DNA of 64,000 nt, from positions 800,001-864,000 of the forward strand of contig CM000432.1 of NCBI GenBank assembly GCA_000165345.1. The letters are read 5' to 3'. This document shows, piece after piece, positions 1-10,513 of this stretch (the stretch's first letter is position 1; each line of letters begins with the position of its first letter). The notes beneath the pieces were generated by a model that was not told the DNA's origin, searched no databases, and saw only the letters and a program-made list of their open reading frames with translations. A program made the translations under genes and the position numbers.

Positions 1-1253
1 TTATAGATTCGTGTAAACAATCTTGGGACAGCTATAAAGACCGTTGGTCTTGCAGCCTTCATATCATCTCCAATCTTCAAAATATCTCCTCCATAGAAAC
101 AAATTGTGCCTCCTGAATAAATTAATATATGGTTCACCTCGCGTTCAAAAATGTGAGCTAATGGTAAGAAACTTAGATACCTGTCTTTTGGTCCAAGAGT
201 GCAGTCTGATCTATTCAAAAATGATCTAAGAGAAGCAGATGCTCCTGCAATCCAATTCCCGTTTGTATGAATTGCACCCTTTGGAACTCCTGTTGTACCT
301 GATGTGAAATAAATTGAATTAACATCATCATAACCTGAGGGAGTTGGTTCCTTCAAATTCAATTCACCAAGCCTCATCACTGCTTCAAATGTTACAAAAT
401 TTACGTGACTCGGAATCTCATACTTTGAAAGTGAAACCTGGACACCATAAGCTTTGAGGGTATCCTTTGATAATTCCACTTTATCTAACGGATATTCTAC
501 ATCGCCTCCATCTTCTGGCCTTAGTAAAACAATATATCTGATCCCTGGGAGCCTTGGAAGTACATTCAAAATAGTGCTCAAAGCTTCCATTGAAACTACC
601 ACTGTTGAAGAGCCTACCAAATTAATACTATGTGCTACTCCGTCTGGGCCTAAAGCATCATACATTGGACTTAATACCATTCCGTAAGTAGAACAAGCAA
701 TTTCTGTCAAACTCCATTCCAGTCTGTTCTTAGACAAAATAGATACTGTTCTTATCGGTTTCTTAATATCTGGTGAATGGTCCACAAAAGGAGCTGAATC
801 CTTTAATGATAACAACCCTGAACCAAATTCAGCAGCCAATTTCAAAACCGACGAGTATCTAAACCATTCCATTAAAGGAATTCCCTTTTTCTTCTTTTTT
901 TTTGCTATCTTTGCATCATCACTCTCTGCCAATTTCGAAATTGGGTCATAGTCCAATGTCTTTTTCACTTGTCTTCTACCATACATATATCCATCCATAC
1001 TTGTTACCATACCACGTTTTATTAAATCTATCAAATTTGTTATTGATTCTTCAAAGTTGGCGATCAATTCAGCCTTGTGTTCTCTATGTCTGTAAATTGC
1101 ACTCATTAATGGATGATCATCAGTGCCTTCAACTGCCACGGAATGGATTGCATTCTTCCATCTTCCAAGGTAGTATTTACTCTTCATACTTCCTATTAAG
1201 TTTATCGACATCATAAACGCAAATACTAACAATGCTAATCTTAGAATCTTCAT
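1..1253 (-). CDS. Long-chain fatty-acid CoA ligase (acyl-CoA synthetase), 5' portion; the 3' end lies beyond the window start
   Basis: I translated the minus strand by hand. The ATG is at 1253-1251 and the frame stays open to position 1. The N-terminus is a hydrophobic signal/anchor (MKILRLALLVFAFMMSINLIGS). The AMP-binding signature IYFTSGTTGVPKGA lies around 270-310, and LPLAHIFERE is typical of the ACSL family. The + strand has only short ORFs here. Confidence 0.75.
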   Translation of the reverse strand, partial: MKILRLALLVFAFMMSINLIGSMKSKYYLGRWKNAIHSVAVEGTDDHPLMSAIYRHREHKAELIANFEESITNLIDLIKRGMVTSMDGYMYGRRQVKKTLDYDPISKLAESDDAKIAKKKKKKGIPLMEWFRYSSVLKLAAEFGSGLLSLKDSAPFVDHSPDIKKPIRTVSILSKNRLEWSLTEIACSTYGMVLSPMYDALGPDGVAHSINLVGSSTVVVSMEALSTILNVLPRLPGIRYIVLLRPEDGGDVEYPLDKVELSKDTLKAYGVQVSLSKYEIPSHVNFVTFEAVMRLGELNLKEPTPSGYDDVNSIYFTSGTTGVPKGAIHTNGNWIAGASASLRSFLNRSDCTLGPKDRYLSFLPLAHIFEREVNHILIYSGGTICFYGGDILKIGDDMKAARPTVFIAVPRLFTRIY

Positions 1254-1754
1254 ATCTATTCTTTATTGATATTTGTTCTCTTAATATCACTGTAATTAAA
1301 TAATCTCTAATTGGCTTTACAAATAGTTAAAACGCTGCTTCTTAATTAAATTTTACAATTAATTTGGCTTTATTTCCTTAACTAAGAATAAAAGTTAATA
1401 TTTAGAGACTATAAAATATGCTTTTAAAGCATTAAACAACTTTTCTTAATCCCTTAGTTTCAATTCAAGTGTGTAAACTGGTTTACCACTTATAAATTGT
1501 TACTATTCCACAAAAATAATATATCTTTGTAGTTTAAATTAAATATAACTTAATTATTGTCTAATTAAAATTATTACTAATTTGTATACTACGCACTATT
1601 TCTAATTATTTTGTTAAAAGGGATAACATGAGTTCCTATTTTGCCTACTAAAATCCATTATTAATTAATTTATACGCTATGTTTTACTATTAATATTTAT
1701 ATTTAAATACTTGTACGCTATACCGGTAGACCTATAGACCTACTTTCTATAAAT

Positions 1755-1767
1755 GCCGCCAAAAAAA
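1755..1767. promoter_or_regulatory. E2F-like box (GCCGCCAAAAAAA, reverse complement TTTGGCGGC) ~500 nt upstream of the acyl-CoA synthetase ATG
   Basis: It is a GC motif in an AT-rich promoter region. It matches the GGCGGG-type E2F-like boxes reported upstream of Cryptosporidium genes. An ACCGGT-containing motif lies nearby at 1718-1740. Confidence 0.4.
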
Positions 1768-2074
1768 TGCACTGCCCAATTTACAAATTGAGTTAACTGA
1801 TTCGAGATTCTTGCCATTTAATATGACTATCCTTCTAGTTCAATAAAATAATAAGTCAAGCTAGGTATAAATTCCAGTTAAGTCCTACTATCCCTTATCT
1901 TTAGATACCGTTCAGATTTTGTAATTCAAGTCTAAAAATTCTAGATTAAAACTGTTTATTTTTTTTTCATGCATCTGCGTACAATTCTATATTTGAATTC
2001 GTATGCTTTGAAGTATATAGTAAATATTATTGTTGCTATTCATACTAAACTAACAAATTATATAAATCATAGTA

Positions 2075-2110
2075 TTTCCCTCCTCCCCCCCACTCCACTC
2101 CTTTTTTTTA
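2075..2110 (+). repeat. Polypyrimidine (CT) tract TTTCCCTCCTCCCCCCCACTCCACTCCTTTTTTTT
   Basis: It is a strongly strand-asymmetric C/T run. Similar tracts occur at 40460-40530, 44030-44075, 44690-44725 and 45690-45740. Confidence 0.7.
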
Positions 2111-2484
2111 CCATCAAATTTCATTGCTATTTTATTCTCCCAAGGCAGATTGAACAAAAAAAAGAAAAACCCCACGCACACACAAACTTTCTAGAAATAT
2201 ATTTACTATTGAAATACTATATTTAATATTAAACTTTATACTAAGCTAGACTGGCTCGAATAAAACCCAAAAAAAATAATTTTCATATTAATGCTCATAT
2301 TTACAAGTAGCACAAAATATTTAAATCTAACGTATAATCTTATTTAAACTCGACAAAGAATAGCTATACATATACTATAGGACCTTAATTATATTATTAT
2401 TCATTTATACTATCAAACATCTTTTAATGACTAATAGCCCGCACAGACTGGACATAACTTTCATAAGACTTCTAAGTTTAGCAA

Positions 2485-2492
2485 GGCGGGAA
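2485..2492. promoter_or_regulatory. E2F-like box GGCGGGAA
   Basis: Sequence motif in the long 1254-3535 intergenic region. Confidence 0.35.
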
Positions 2493-2682
2493 TAAATTTT
2501 TATACATAATATTACATTTATTACAATTTCTTCAAACTGTACTTTTTTTCTTATGATAATCTATAAATTATTTACTCAGATTACTTAATTTACCCTATTT
2601 ATTTTCTATATATTATTATTAATAAGATTAGGAGCTACTACGCACACGTCTACAGCAGGCGGTGATCTGTGCATGTTGTCTA

Positions 2683-2694
2683 TTTCGCGGGAAA
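2683..2694. promoter_or_regulatory. E2F-like box TTTCGCGGGAAA, with an adjacent TCGCGA palindrome, in a short GC-rich island (2640-2710)
   Basis: GCGGGAAA is the reverse complement of the canonical E2F site TTTCCCGC. It lies ~850 nt upstream of the RRM gene. Confidence 0.4.
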
Positions 2695-2989
2695 CTGGGT
2701 ATCGCGAATATTATTAAAAAAATAATAGAGAAGAAAAAAGAGTAAAAAAGCAGATAAGAAATAAATGGTAAAAGGAGAAATAAATAGATTAATAAATAGA
2801 TATTTTGGCAGATTTATGAATTTGGATTAAAAAAAAAGTTGACCAAGATTAACAAGAAATCAGCGGGATAGTTTTTTCATATGGTTTAAATTTTTTCTTT
2901 TTTATGATAAATATATAATATTCAAGCTTTTACCTTCGTTAATATAAGGTCTAGTCTTTAATTACTAAAAAAAAATAATTATAATATTA

Positions 2990-3050
2990 ATATAATAATA
3001 AAATAATATAATAATAATAATAATATAATAATATTAATAATATAAAAGTA
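2990..3050. repeat. Intergenic (ATAATA)n-like microsatellite
   Basis: aataatataataataataataatataataatattaataatat. Confidence 0.8.
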
Positions 3051-3123
3051 ATCAAAATAGGGAGCGGCTAAGTATTATTAAAAAAACATATAAATAAAAA
3101 ATAAAAAAAATAGAAAGGACTAG

Positions 3124-3134
3124 CTATATAAGAG
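3124..3134 (+). promoter_or_regulatory. TATA-like element CTATATAAGAG ~400 nt upstream of the RRM gene ATG. It is followed by a GC-richer putative 5' leader (3180-3535).
   Basis: The TATAWAAG consensus is present, and base composition shifts downstream of it. This is inference only. Confidence 0.3.
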
Positions 3135-3535
3135 CTTATAATACTTAGAAAAAAAAGGGGAATAGGCTAGAATAGAATAGCTCAGGAAACTCTAAAGGTT
3201 GTAATAGAGTGGGCCTGTTCCTTTAGAAATAGAAAAAAAACGAAATAGGCGTGGATCTGGGAAAGTAGATCTTTTAAGGTTAGGAGGTACTTCGTACTCT
3301 GAGTAACGGGGTAATATAGGAAGTTCCAGATTGACCGCTGAAAAAGCGTCTGCTTTTATTTGGGACATAAGCTCAAACTCTAAGTAAGATGTTCCTTGAA
3401 GATTAGAACAGGGAAAGAGATTATAGAGAATAGCTGCCATAACAGAGCATATTACGGACAAGAAGAATCGGCCACTTTCCCGAAGAGAGTATAACAACTT
3501 TTCTCGGATCTCATTACTGAAAAGAACAGGAAAAG

Positions 3536-6256
3536 ATGGAATACAAATTAAGTCCGGATAGTGAATCTGGGGTTAGGCCAGAATTAGAGAATTTAACAGT
3601 TAAGGAGATTAATCTAGAACGCCAAGGGGAGGAGGAGGAAGATGATGACGAGGAAGATGATGAGGAAGCATCCAAGCATATTAATGAGCAGAGGTCTGAG
3701 GGGCCAATGTGTCTAAGCGGACTTAAGTCTCAGGTAGCTCGTGACTTTGTCTCGGAAAGGCAAGATCAGATGAAAGAGAAAAATAATGGTGGTTCTAAGA
3801 GTAATAGTAAATCAACTAGAAATAAGCCTAGTAGAAATAAAGCTAATAATCATAGAAATGAAGATAGCTACCAGCGTCATATTGAAGAAGATAGAAAGTG
3901 CTGCAAGAAGAATGACTTAAATGACGATTGTTCATATTACAATAGGTCATCACTTGGTTCGGCGAATGATGACTTGGAGCTGCCTAAATCTGCCTGCAAC
4001 TCTAACAAAACCGTTAATCAGGCTAATTATCAATTCGAATTTCATCATCAAGATCTCCGCCACTACCATGTTTCAGAAGGCTTTGAGAGGGAAGACCAAA
4101 GGCATAAATTCTTTGAAAATGCAAAGAATCGGGGAGATGAGCCATCATCACTACTAAAGGGAAGTGCTGACAGCTCAGTACTGGTTGACCGCGGGTCTTT
4201 AAATAGCTCAAAAATCTCTCATGAAGGGTCAGGACGCAGTATCATTCAAGACAATAACTCAAATACGATCAAAGGAATTGCCCGAGTATCCGAGTCTGAT
4301 CGACTTGACCACCGCTTCTGCAGTGATGGAAGCGCTACATCCCACACTGGAAGTAATTCTAATGTTGATCCAATCGTTTTTTGTACTCCACATAATTTTG
4401 GAGCGGGTTACTTTACTGTTCCTAACGCTTATCCTGCCCCTAATGTCGAGATAAAGCTGTTTGTGGGTAGGGTTCCAAGGAATATTGAAGAAGATGATCT
4501 CCGTGATTTATTTAAGTTGTATGGTCGAGTTGTGAATGTGTCCGTGATCCGGGAAAAGAGTACTGGAATCCATAGAGGAGCAGCTTTGGTTACCATGGAA
4601 TCTGTTGCGCAAGCAGATTTTGCTCTTAGAGAGCTAAATTCTATTAAGGTATTGGACGAACTTAGAGGGCCTCTTAAGGTCCAATACTCTACGGGGGAGC
4701 CTGAAAGACTGGGTTTTGAGAGTGAATCTTGCATTCCAGGAGTTGATCAAGTCAAGCTCTTTGTTGGAGCTCTCCCTAGAAATATCATAGAAGACGAGAT
4801 TAGGGAGTTATTTTCTCCATATGGGCAAATCAATGAAATATTCATTATGAGGGAGCCTCATTCTGGAGTGGGTAAAGGTTGTGCTTTTGTTAAATATGCT
4901 TTTAAAGAACAAGGGCTTTTCGCTATCAAGTCTTTACATGGAGCTTTGACCCTTGCAGATGTCAACAGACCAATTGAAGTCCGTTTCGCATCCAAGAACC
5001 ACCAGTCATCTACTAGCAGCTCCTTAATAGCTCAAGGAGCGCATTTAACTTTTGGAACACCTGCAGCTCTTAACTTTAACGGGCACTTCAACTTTGGCCA
5101 TCATTCAATTCAAAAACTCCATTCCCCCAGAATTGTTGGAGCCAGTAATAACGTTAACAATATTTTGTGTAATGCTAGCACATTAACTTCTTCGACCTCG
5201 CCAATGTCTCAACAAGCCCCTGGCAGCTCAAAGTCTTCAGTTGGAATTGGGGGAACAGCTTACCAATTCCACAACCATCAATCAGGACAACATTTTATTG
5301 GATGCAATTCTAAAGGTTTATCGCAAAGTTCAAGCCATCATTCTTTAACCGAACAGCTGCAAATTGGTCCATTTACTGGGGTTAGTGCAACTGGAGCCAA
5401 TGCTGTACAAGCTGGTCATCATCCCCCATGTGGAAGAGCTATCACGCTATTTGATCACAATGGAATGGCTGTAGCCACAACCACTTCCACGGCTGCGATG
5501 TTCTCTCGTTCTCGTGCAGTTGGTCTTCCCATTCCAGCATCCACAAGTGCTACAGCTGCAGCTGCAATTACTGCTAATTTGATGCCAAGGTGTATTGGCA
5601 TGTGGAAGGAATACTTCACTTCTGATGGTAAGCCATATTACCATAATGAATTAACGCAGGTAACGCAATGGGAGGTTCCTCCAGAATTTTTAAGTTTCCG
5701 TCCAAACTTTTCAAGAGAAGTTGTTGGTCCACCTGGAGCAAATATCTTCATTTTCAACGTTCCGTATGAATGGGATAAGAAGAGTCTTGTTGGACTCTTT
5801 TGTCGTTTTGGAAATATCCTATCTGCTCATCTTATGGTTGATAAGACTAGTGGCCGAAATAAGGGAGTAGCCTTTGTCTCATATGATAATATCCACTCTG
5901 CAGCTGAGGCCGTTAACCATATGAATGGGTTCATCACGGAGCAAGGAAGAAAACTTAAAGTTTCCATCAAGCAAGGTCAAGAACACTTCGTCCAGCATTT
6001 ATTGAAGAATAATTTGCCTCAGGGAGGATGCAGCCAAACGGGCTATATGGAGAACTCTCAAAATAATATTCAGAGTGATTCGATTTCTATCGCCATTTCC
6101 CAGAATTCTAATGATAATGTTAATGGTAATAATGAAAGTAATACTGATGATAATAGTAATAATAATAATGATGTAAATGTTAATATTAATAACAATAATA
6201 GTAATAATAGTTGCAATAATAACAACCACAACTTCAGTTCTGGACCGTCCTCATAA
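3536..6256 (+). CDS. CELF/Bruno-like RNA-binding protein with three RRMs (RRM1 ~4454-4700, RRM2 ~4753-5000, RRM3 ~5738-5980). It has an acidic N-terminal tract, a WW domain in the linker (~5597-5686) and an Asn-rich C-terminal tail.
   Basis: 906-aa ORF. RNP motifs include KLFVGRVPRNI...RGAALVTM, KLFVGALPRNI...KGCAFVKY and NIFIFNVPYEW...KGVAFVSY. The WW motif is WKEYFTSDGKPYYHNELTQVTQWEVP. An in-frame TGA lies 6 codons upstream of the ATG. Confidence 0.85.
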   Translation: MEYKLSPDSESGVRPELENLTVKEINLERQGEEEEDDDEEDDEEASKHINEQRSEGPMCLSGLKSQVARDFVSERQDQMKEKNNGGSKSNSKSTRNKPSRNKANNHRNEDSYQRHIEEDRKCCKKNDLNDDCSYYNRSSLGSANDDLELPKSACNSNKTVNQANYQFEFHHQDLRHYHVSEGFEREDQRHKFFENAKNRGDEPSSLLKGSADSSVLVDRGSLNSSKISHEGSGRSIIQDNNSNTIKGIARVSESDRLDHRFCSDGSATSHTGSNSNVDPIVFCTPHNFGAGYFTVPNAYPAPNVEIKLFVGRVPRNIEEDDLRDLFKLYGRVVNVSVIREKSTGIHRGAALVTMESVAQADFALRELNSIKVLDELRGPLKVQYSTGEPERLGFESESCIPGVDQVKLFVGALPRNIIEDEIRELFSPYGQINEIFIMREPHSGVGKGCAFVKYAFKEQGLFAIKSLHGALTLADVNRPIEVRFASKNHQSSTSSSLIAQGAHLTFGTPAALNFNGHFNFGHHSIQKLHSPRIVGASNNVNNILCNASTLTSSTSPMSQQAPGSSKSSVGIGGTAYQFHNHQSGQHFIGCNSKGLSQSSSHHSLTEQLQIGPFTGVSATGANAVQAGHHPPCGRAITLFDHNGMAVATTTSTAAMFSRSRAVGLPIPASTSATAAAAITANLMPRCIGMWKEYFTSDGKPYYHNELTQVTQWEVPPEFLSFRPNFSREVVGPPGANIFIFNVPYEWDKKSLVGLFCRFGNILSAHLMVDKTSGRNKGVAFVSYDNIHSAAEAVNHMNGFITEQGRKLKVSIKQGQEHFVQHLLKNNLPQGGCSQTGYMENSQNNIQSDSISIAISQNSNDNVNGNNESNTDDNSNNNNDVNVNINNNNSNNSCNNNNHNFSSGPSS
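6060..6240 (+). repeat. AAT-rich trinucleotide tract encoding the Asn-rich C-terminal tail of the RRM protein
   Basis: NSNDNVNGNNESNTDDNSNNNNDVNVNINNNNSNNSCNNNNHN. Confidence 0.8.
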
Positions 6257-6751
6257 AGAAATGCCTCCCTAACTGATTGTTCTGTAAATGATTCATATAG
6301 AAGCAAGAACAGACAGAAACCCCAAGCGAAAGTAAGACTTGATCCTGATTCCATAAAACTCTAATTTTTATAAAAATAAAAATGACTGCCAGATCTTAAC
6401 ACTGTGATGTTAATGATGTAAGATGATAAAGTCTCGACCTGATCTTCCTTCAGTTGTGAATATTGTATTTATATTATATTCTACGCCACCCTTCTTTGTA
6501 TAGGACTTACATTTTTTCTCTGTTTTTTTTTTTTTTGAGAGAAGCAATATATTAATCTCTTTGGAAATTACCCACTTCTTTCTGATAATGCATTTAGAGG
6601 ACCAGTGGAACGTTTACTTTATTCTGGGAAATTATTATTAACGAATATTCTGAGATAAAACAAACCGCTCAGATGGAATGGTCAAGGTATAAAATTATTT
6701 GGAGTCTTCAATTGGGAATATCATGGGAAGCCCACGTCACTAATAGATGAC

Positions 6752-6807
6752 TGCATGCAATACATGCAATTGAATCCAGAAATGGTAACAAATTTAGGCG
6801 GGTTCCC
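6752..6807. promoter_or_regulatory. Promoter-like motif cluster (TGCATGCAATACATGCAAT ... TTTAGGCGGGTTCCC) in the middle of a convergent 3'-3' intergenic region
   Basis: A GCATGCA box and an E2F-like GGCGGG box sit together with no annotated gene to drive. Confidence 0.35.
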
Positions 6808-7428
6808 ATATTATTTTTGCTTGAATTATATATTGCCTCTATCTCCATAATTTGTGTTCGTTTCCTCTTCAAAACATTAGCAATATATAATATTTGTAAT
6901 TGCCAGAGAAAGAAAGAACATTTTAATTGGTCGATGTCTCAAATTATTATAGTACATAGTTTGGTTTACCTTGATTACTACGAAACTTATAGAGGAGTAT
7001 TATTTTGACTGTTCCAGCTTATTCCAGACTTTATTTTCCAATAATCCAAGCGCCTTATAATAATTCCAGTTTTACTTAGACAATTTAAGGTTTATTGGGC
7101 CTCTTCCACTAGAAGCTTTCATAATTTTCCGAAATTATGTATCCAAATCTCATTGAATAGAATTTGAAATTTGTATTTAATAACCACTAATATTCCCATT
7201 TAAGTTAACTGAACATACTCTAACACTATAGAAATCCACTCGATCTAAATTGATTTCTATTTGTCTCATCATTGAAGAAGTGCCGAATGAAATAAAATGG
7301 AAAGTTTTTTGTTGGAAGTGTACAAGATGCAAATGTTTGCAATATTTATTTATTTTTTGTTTATTGAATTTGATGATAATTAATGTTATATTGGTTTTAA
7401 GTTTTTATTGTTTTTGACTTTTTCTTGA

Positions 7429-10299
7429 TTATGTTGGTCGAAGTTGTTGGTGTTGGCCGGTGTTATTTCCAAGTCTTAGAGCCAGGTTTATATGGAAGGC
7501 TGAGAGTTCATCTCTTTCAGGCTCGATTTCAAGATTTCTGTACAGCTGTGTCGTAAAATGTTGTATGGAAGTCTGGTCAAGCTGAGAATCATTCATTTGA
7601 GCCGCTTTTTTTTGTGCAATACGAAGAAAGACGATACTTTTGCTCATAATGACTTTTACATTATTAACATATGCCCTAGGAACGTACATCGCTGGAAAGT
7701 ATGACGGAAGTTCCAGAAAGAGAGAGGATAGCTTCTGTTGCTCATTGACCACCACCTCTAGTGTGCCATAGTGTAGTGGACCTTTGAGAGATACCACAAA
7801 TTTCCAGTTATTTCTCAGACTGTGCATCATGACCTGGCTTATTATACTGTATTTGTAAATGGTTGGCATGTACTGAGAGTATTGGACATATTGTTTTACC
7901 AAAGATTCGCCCAAAACCTGAGCCAAACTCGAAATGCCGCCCGTAAAGCTATTACCTAAAGTCGGCAGCTCAGACTCCAAAATACCTTTCACCATCATCA
8001 TCTCGTTGAGCTTTTGTGTTTTTTTTGTGTACCATTCTGACATGCTCAGTGTTAATGGTCGTGATAGTTCTTTGACTACACAGCCTAAAATTTTTCGTTT
8101 CGAGACCCACATGTAATTACTAAACATGACGTTTTGGCCTCTAGGCCTTAAATCTCGACTTCTAGCATCCGCATTAACCTCAATAAATTCTAAGGTATCG
8201 TTGATTCGGCTTCCTTTAGTCATATACTCCAATCTTGCATGTATCCATTCAAGGTAATCTATAGAGCCAAGAGTTGCAGCTAGCCTTCGAGCATTGTATT
8301 TTAACTCAGAGTTTATGTGATCATGGGAAACTGAAGTGAAAAGAATTCCTCCTGTAGTTGCAGCAACTTTACTGGTTTGAGTGGAGACTGTTGTAACCAC
8401 AGCTTCGACAATATTTTCAAATGAAGACCCTCCTGAATAGATGTTATTATTTGTAATTTTGTCTAGTGCTCTTTGTATGTTACATGAAATAATTTTTTGG
8501 TCTATATATGTTTGTACTATTTGTAAAACTAAAGCATTGAATTGTAGATATATATCGTCATAATCAATTAGATGTTCAATTTGTTGGAATACTGTATTAA
8601 TAAGCTGAGAAAGATTTTTAGAGGAGGTCCATATGAGAGGAATAGTTTCGTACTGCCCAAGGATGTCTGTCTCACGTCTTATTTGTATATTTTCTGTCAT
8701 TTTCTCATCAGGAGCCAGTTCTTTAGTTACTTTCTTTAGTAGAAATTCTTTCTCAAGTTCCAAAAATGATGCTAAGTATGGAACAAAACATTCAGTCAGC
8801 AACCTTTTAGTTTGGGGATATCTTATTTTCCCAGAATCAAGTGAGAAGGTATACTCTAGCATTTCTTGTTTAAGTTTATTTTTAGAGGATCCCAAATTGG
8901 AGTTTTTAGAAGTATTCAAATGTGAGATATTTCCGTATTCTGTTTTAAATTTCTTACAAAACTCTCTGATGACTTTATTATTGATTTTAGTATTTAGAAC
9001 TTCTTGAAGATTTTCCTTCTCTAGTTCTGCAAATAGTATTTTTTGATCATATAGCTGGGCAAATTTTGAAGATATATATTCCTCGAATTGATTACATTTC
9101 AAGCTGTATTCAAAAATGGTTTGATTATCCAATAGATATCCAATATATCCCAATGTTTGTAGTAAATCTTTCCTAGTATATGTGAAGAATTTTTCAGTTA
9201 ATATTGTTTGGAGTTCCCATTTTGTGAGAAAAATCTCTCCAAATTGTTGTTCATATTCTTTCATACACCTTCTATACCACCCAAACCTTCTTTCAATGAA
9301 TTCTACTCCAGTAGCTGATAACGTGACTTTTTCTTTGTTTTGTCCAATCATTTTGTTTTGAGTACCAAAGAAATTTTCTGTTTGACTATAACTAAATAAC
9401 CTACAATAAGGTTCAAGCAATTTTGTAGTGAACATGTCCACTATTTCGGCACGGAAATCATCCCCAATTAATTCCACGCAATAACAACATGATTTCATTT
9501 GTTTTCTGAACTCTTCTGGTGCCTCCAAGTGCTGAGGGGGAGTGATTTGAGAATTCATATTGTCTTGATGATCTATTCCTCCTAGGAATAAAATATATGG
9601 ATCTATTAGCGCTAGGAAATCTTCGGTAATTTGCTGTTTAAGTAAGCCAAAGAGCTTTTCCATTTCAGATAAGCTATTTTGAATTTCTTGATAAACCTTA
9701 TCCTGTTTGCTTTGATTAAAAATTTCTATCATAGCTTTGTTATTTTCTTTCTGGCTTCCCAAAAAAGTTGATAAGTCATAGGCCAAAATGAGTATTGGAA
9801 CCAATTCACTATATGCTCTGGAGCTCATAAGACTTTTAATCTCGGCTCTGATAATATTACCAATACTCAAACTTTCCAATAAATTCACAATATTAGTTAA
9901 ATTATTATGAACTTGATCTAATTCACAAATATTTCCCAAAATAAACTCAACATCTTTCTTAAATTGTTCATGCTGTACTTCTTTCTCTTTAATCATTGGA
10001 ATAAGTTCATTTTCAAATATTTTCAAGTTCTTCTCAAAACCATCAATTAAATTACTTGAGGCTATATTTCTTAATTCCTTACCAATTTCTAAATCTATTT
10101 CTTCTAAGATCTTAGTAGTTTCTTCAATTTTTTCAGGTAAACAGGACAAACTCTGTTCATTAGGAAAACTCTCATTGATGTAGCCATCCAAAGTAAAATC
10201 TTCAGATTCTAACTTATCTAACTTGTTTCCAAATAGCGCAAAAATGAGTTCTTCATCACCAGTTTCGCTCGCTTGTTCGCACATTTGCAAAACCTTCAT
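7429..10299 (-). CDS. Conserved-looking 956-aa alpha-helical protein with no signal peptide. Possibly a vesicle-tethering (exocyst/COG/GARP-like) subunit. Function uncertain.
   Basis: Single 2871-nt ORF with the ATG at 10299. The N-terminus is coiled-coil-like, the composition is ordinary, and there are no low-complexity tracts, unlike the neighbouring genes. Confidence 0.8.
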   Translation of the reverse strand: MKVLQMCEQASETGDEELIFALFGNKLDKLESEDFTLDGYINESFPNEQSLSCLPEKIEETTKILEEIDLEIGKELRNIASSNLIDGFEKNLKIFENELIPMIKEKEVQHEQFKKDVEFILGNICELDQVHNNLTNIVNLLESLSIGNIIRAEIKSLMSSRAYSELVPILILAYDLSTFLGSQKENNKAMIEIFNQSKQDKVYQEIQNSLSEMEKLFGLLKQQITEDFLALIDPYILFLGGIDHQDNMNSQITPPQHLEAPEEFRKQMKSCCYCVELIGDDFRAEIVDMFTTKLLEPYCRLFSYSQTENFFGTQNKMIGQNKEKVTLSATGVEFIERRFGWYRRCMKEYEQQFGEIFLTKWELQTILTEKFFTYTRKDLLQTLGYIGYLLDNQTIFEYSLKCNQFEEYISSKFAQLYDQKILFAELEKENLQEVLNTKINNKVIREFCKKFKTEYGNISHLNTSKNSNLGSSKNKLKQEMLEYTFSLDSGKIRYPQTKRLLTECFVPYLASFLELEKEFLLKKVTKELAPDEKMTENIQIRRETDILGQYETIPLIWTSSKNLSQLINTVFQQIEHLIDYDDIYLQFNALVLQIVQTYIDQKIISCNIQRALDKITNNNIYSGGSSFENIVEAVVTTVSTQTSKVAATTGGILFTSVSHDHINSELKYNARRLAATLGSIDYLEWIHARLEYMTKGSRINDTLEFIEVNADARSRDLRPRGQNVMFSNYMWVSKRKILGCVVKELSRPLTLSMSEWYTKKTQKLNEMMMVKGILESELPTLGNSFTGGISSLAQVLGESLVKQYVQYSQYMPTIYKYSIISQVMMHSLRNNWKFVVSLKGPLHYGTLEVVVNEQQKLSSLFLELPSYFPAMYVPRAYVNNVKVIMSKSIVFLRIAQKKAAQMNDSQLDQTSIQHFTTQLYRNLEIEPERDELSAFHINLALRLGNNTGQHQQLRPT

Positions 10300-10434
10300 T
10301 TATCAATATTTGGCACGAAATTAACCCAATACTCATTTACCCCACACCGTCTTTTTAAAAATTCTTTTCTATAACTAATTAATTTTCCATATTTATGCTT
10401 ACTATCCTTTTTCGTAATTTTTTTTTTTAGCTTG

Positions 10435-10513
10435 CCCGCCATGATTTGTTACACCGGTACTTGAATTACCACATGCACAATTTTTTATTGTTGCAGATTG
10501 CATGTGGATGCAT
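10435..10513. promoter_or_regulatory. Divergent promoter elements (GCCCGCCATG, TTGCATGTGGATGCAT) between the 956-aa gene and the 2128-aa gene
   Basis: E2F-like CCCGCC and GCATG boxes lie 140-215 nt upstream of the ATG at 10299. Confidence 0.4.

Noticed and set aside
3192-3497. 101-aa minus-strand ORF just upstream of the RRM gene
   Set aside because: It has no signal and an unremarkable composition. It overlaps the GC-richer putative 5' leader/promoter of the RRM gene and is most likely a chance ORF.
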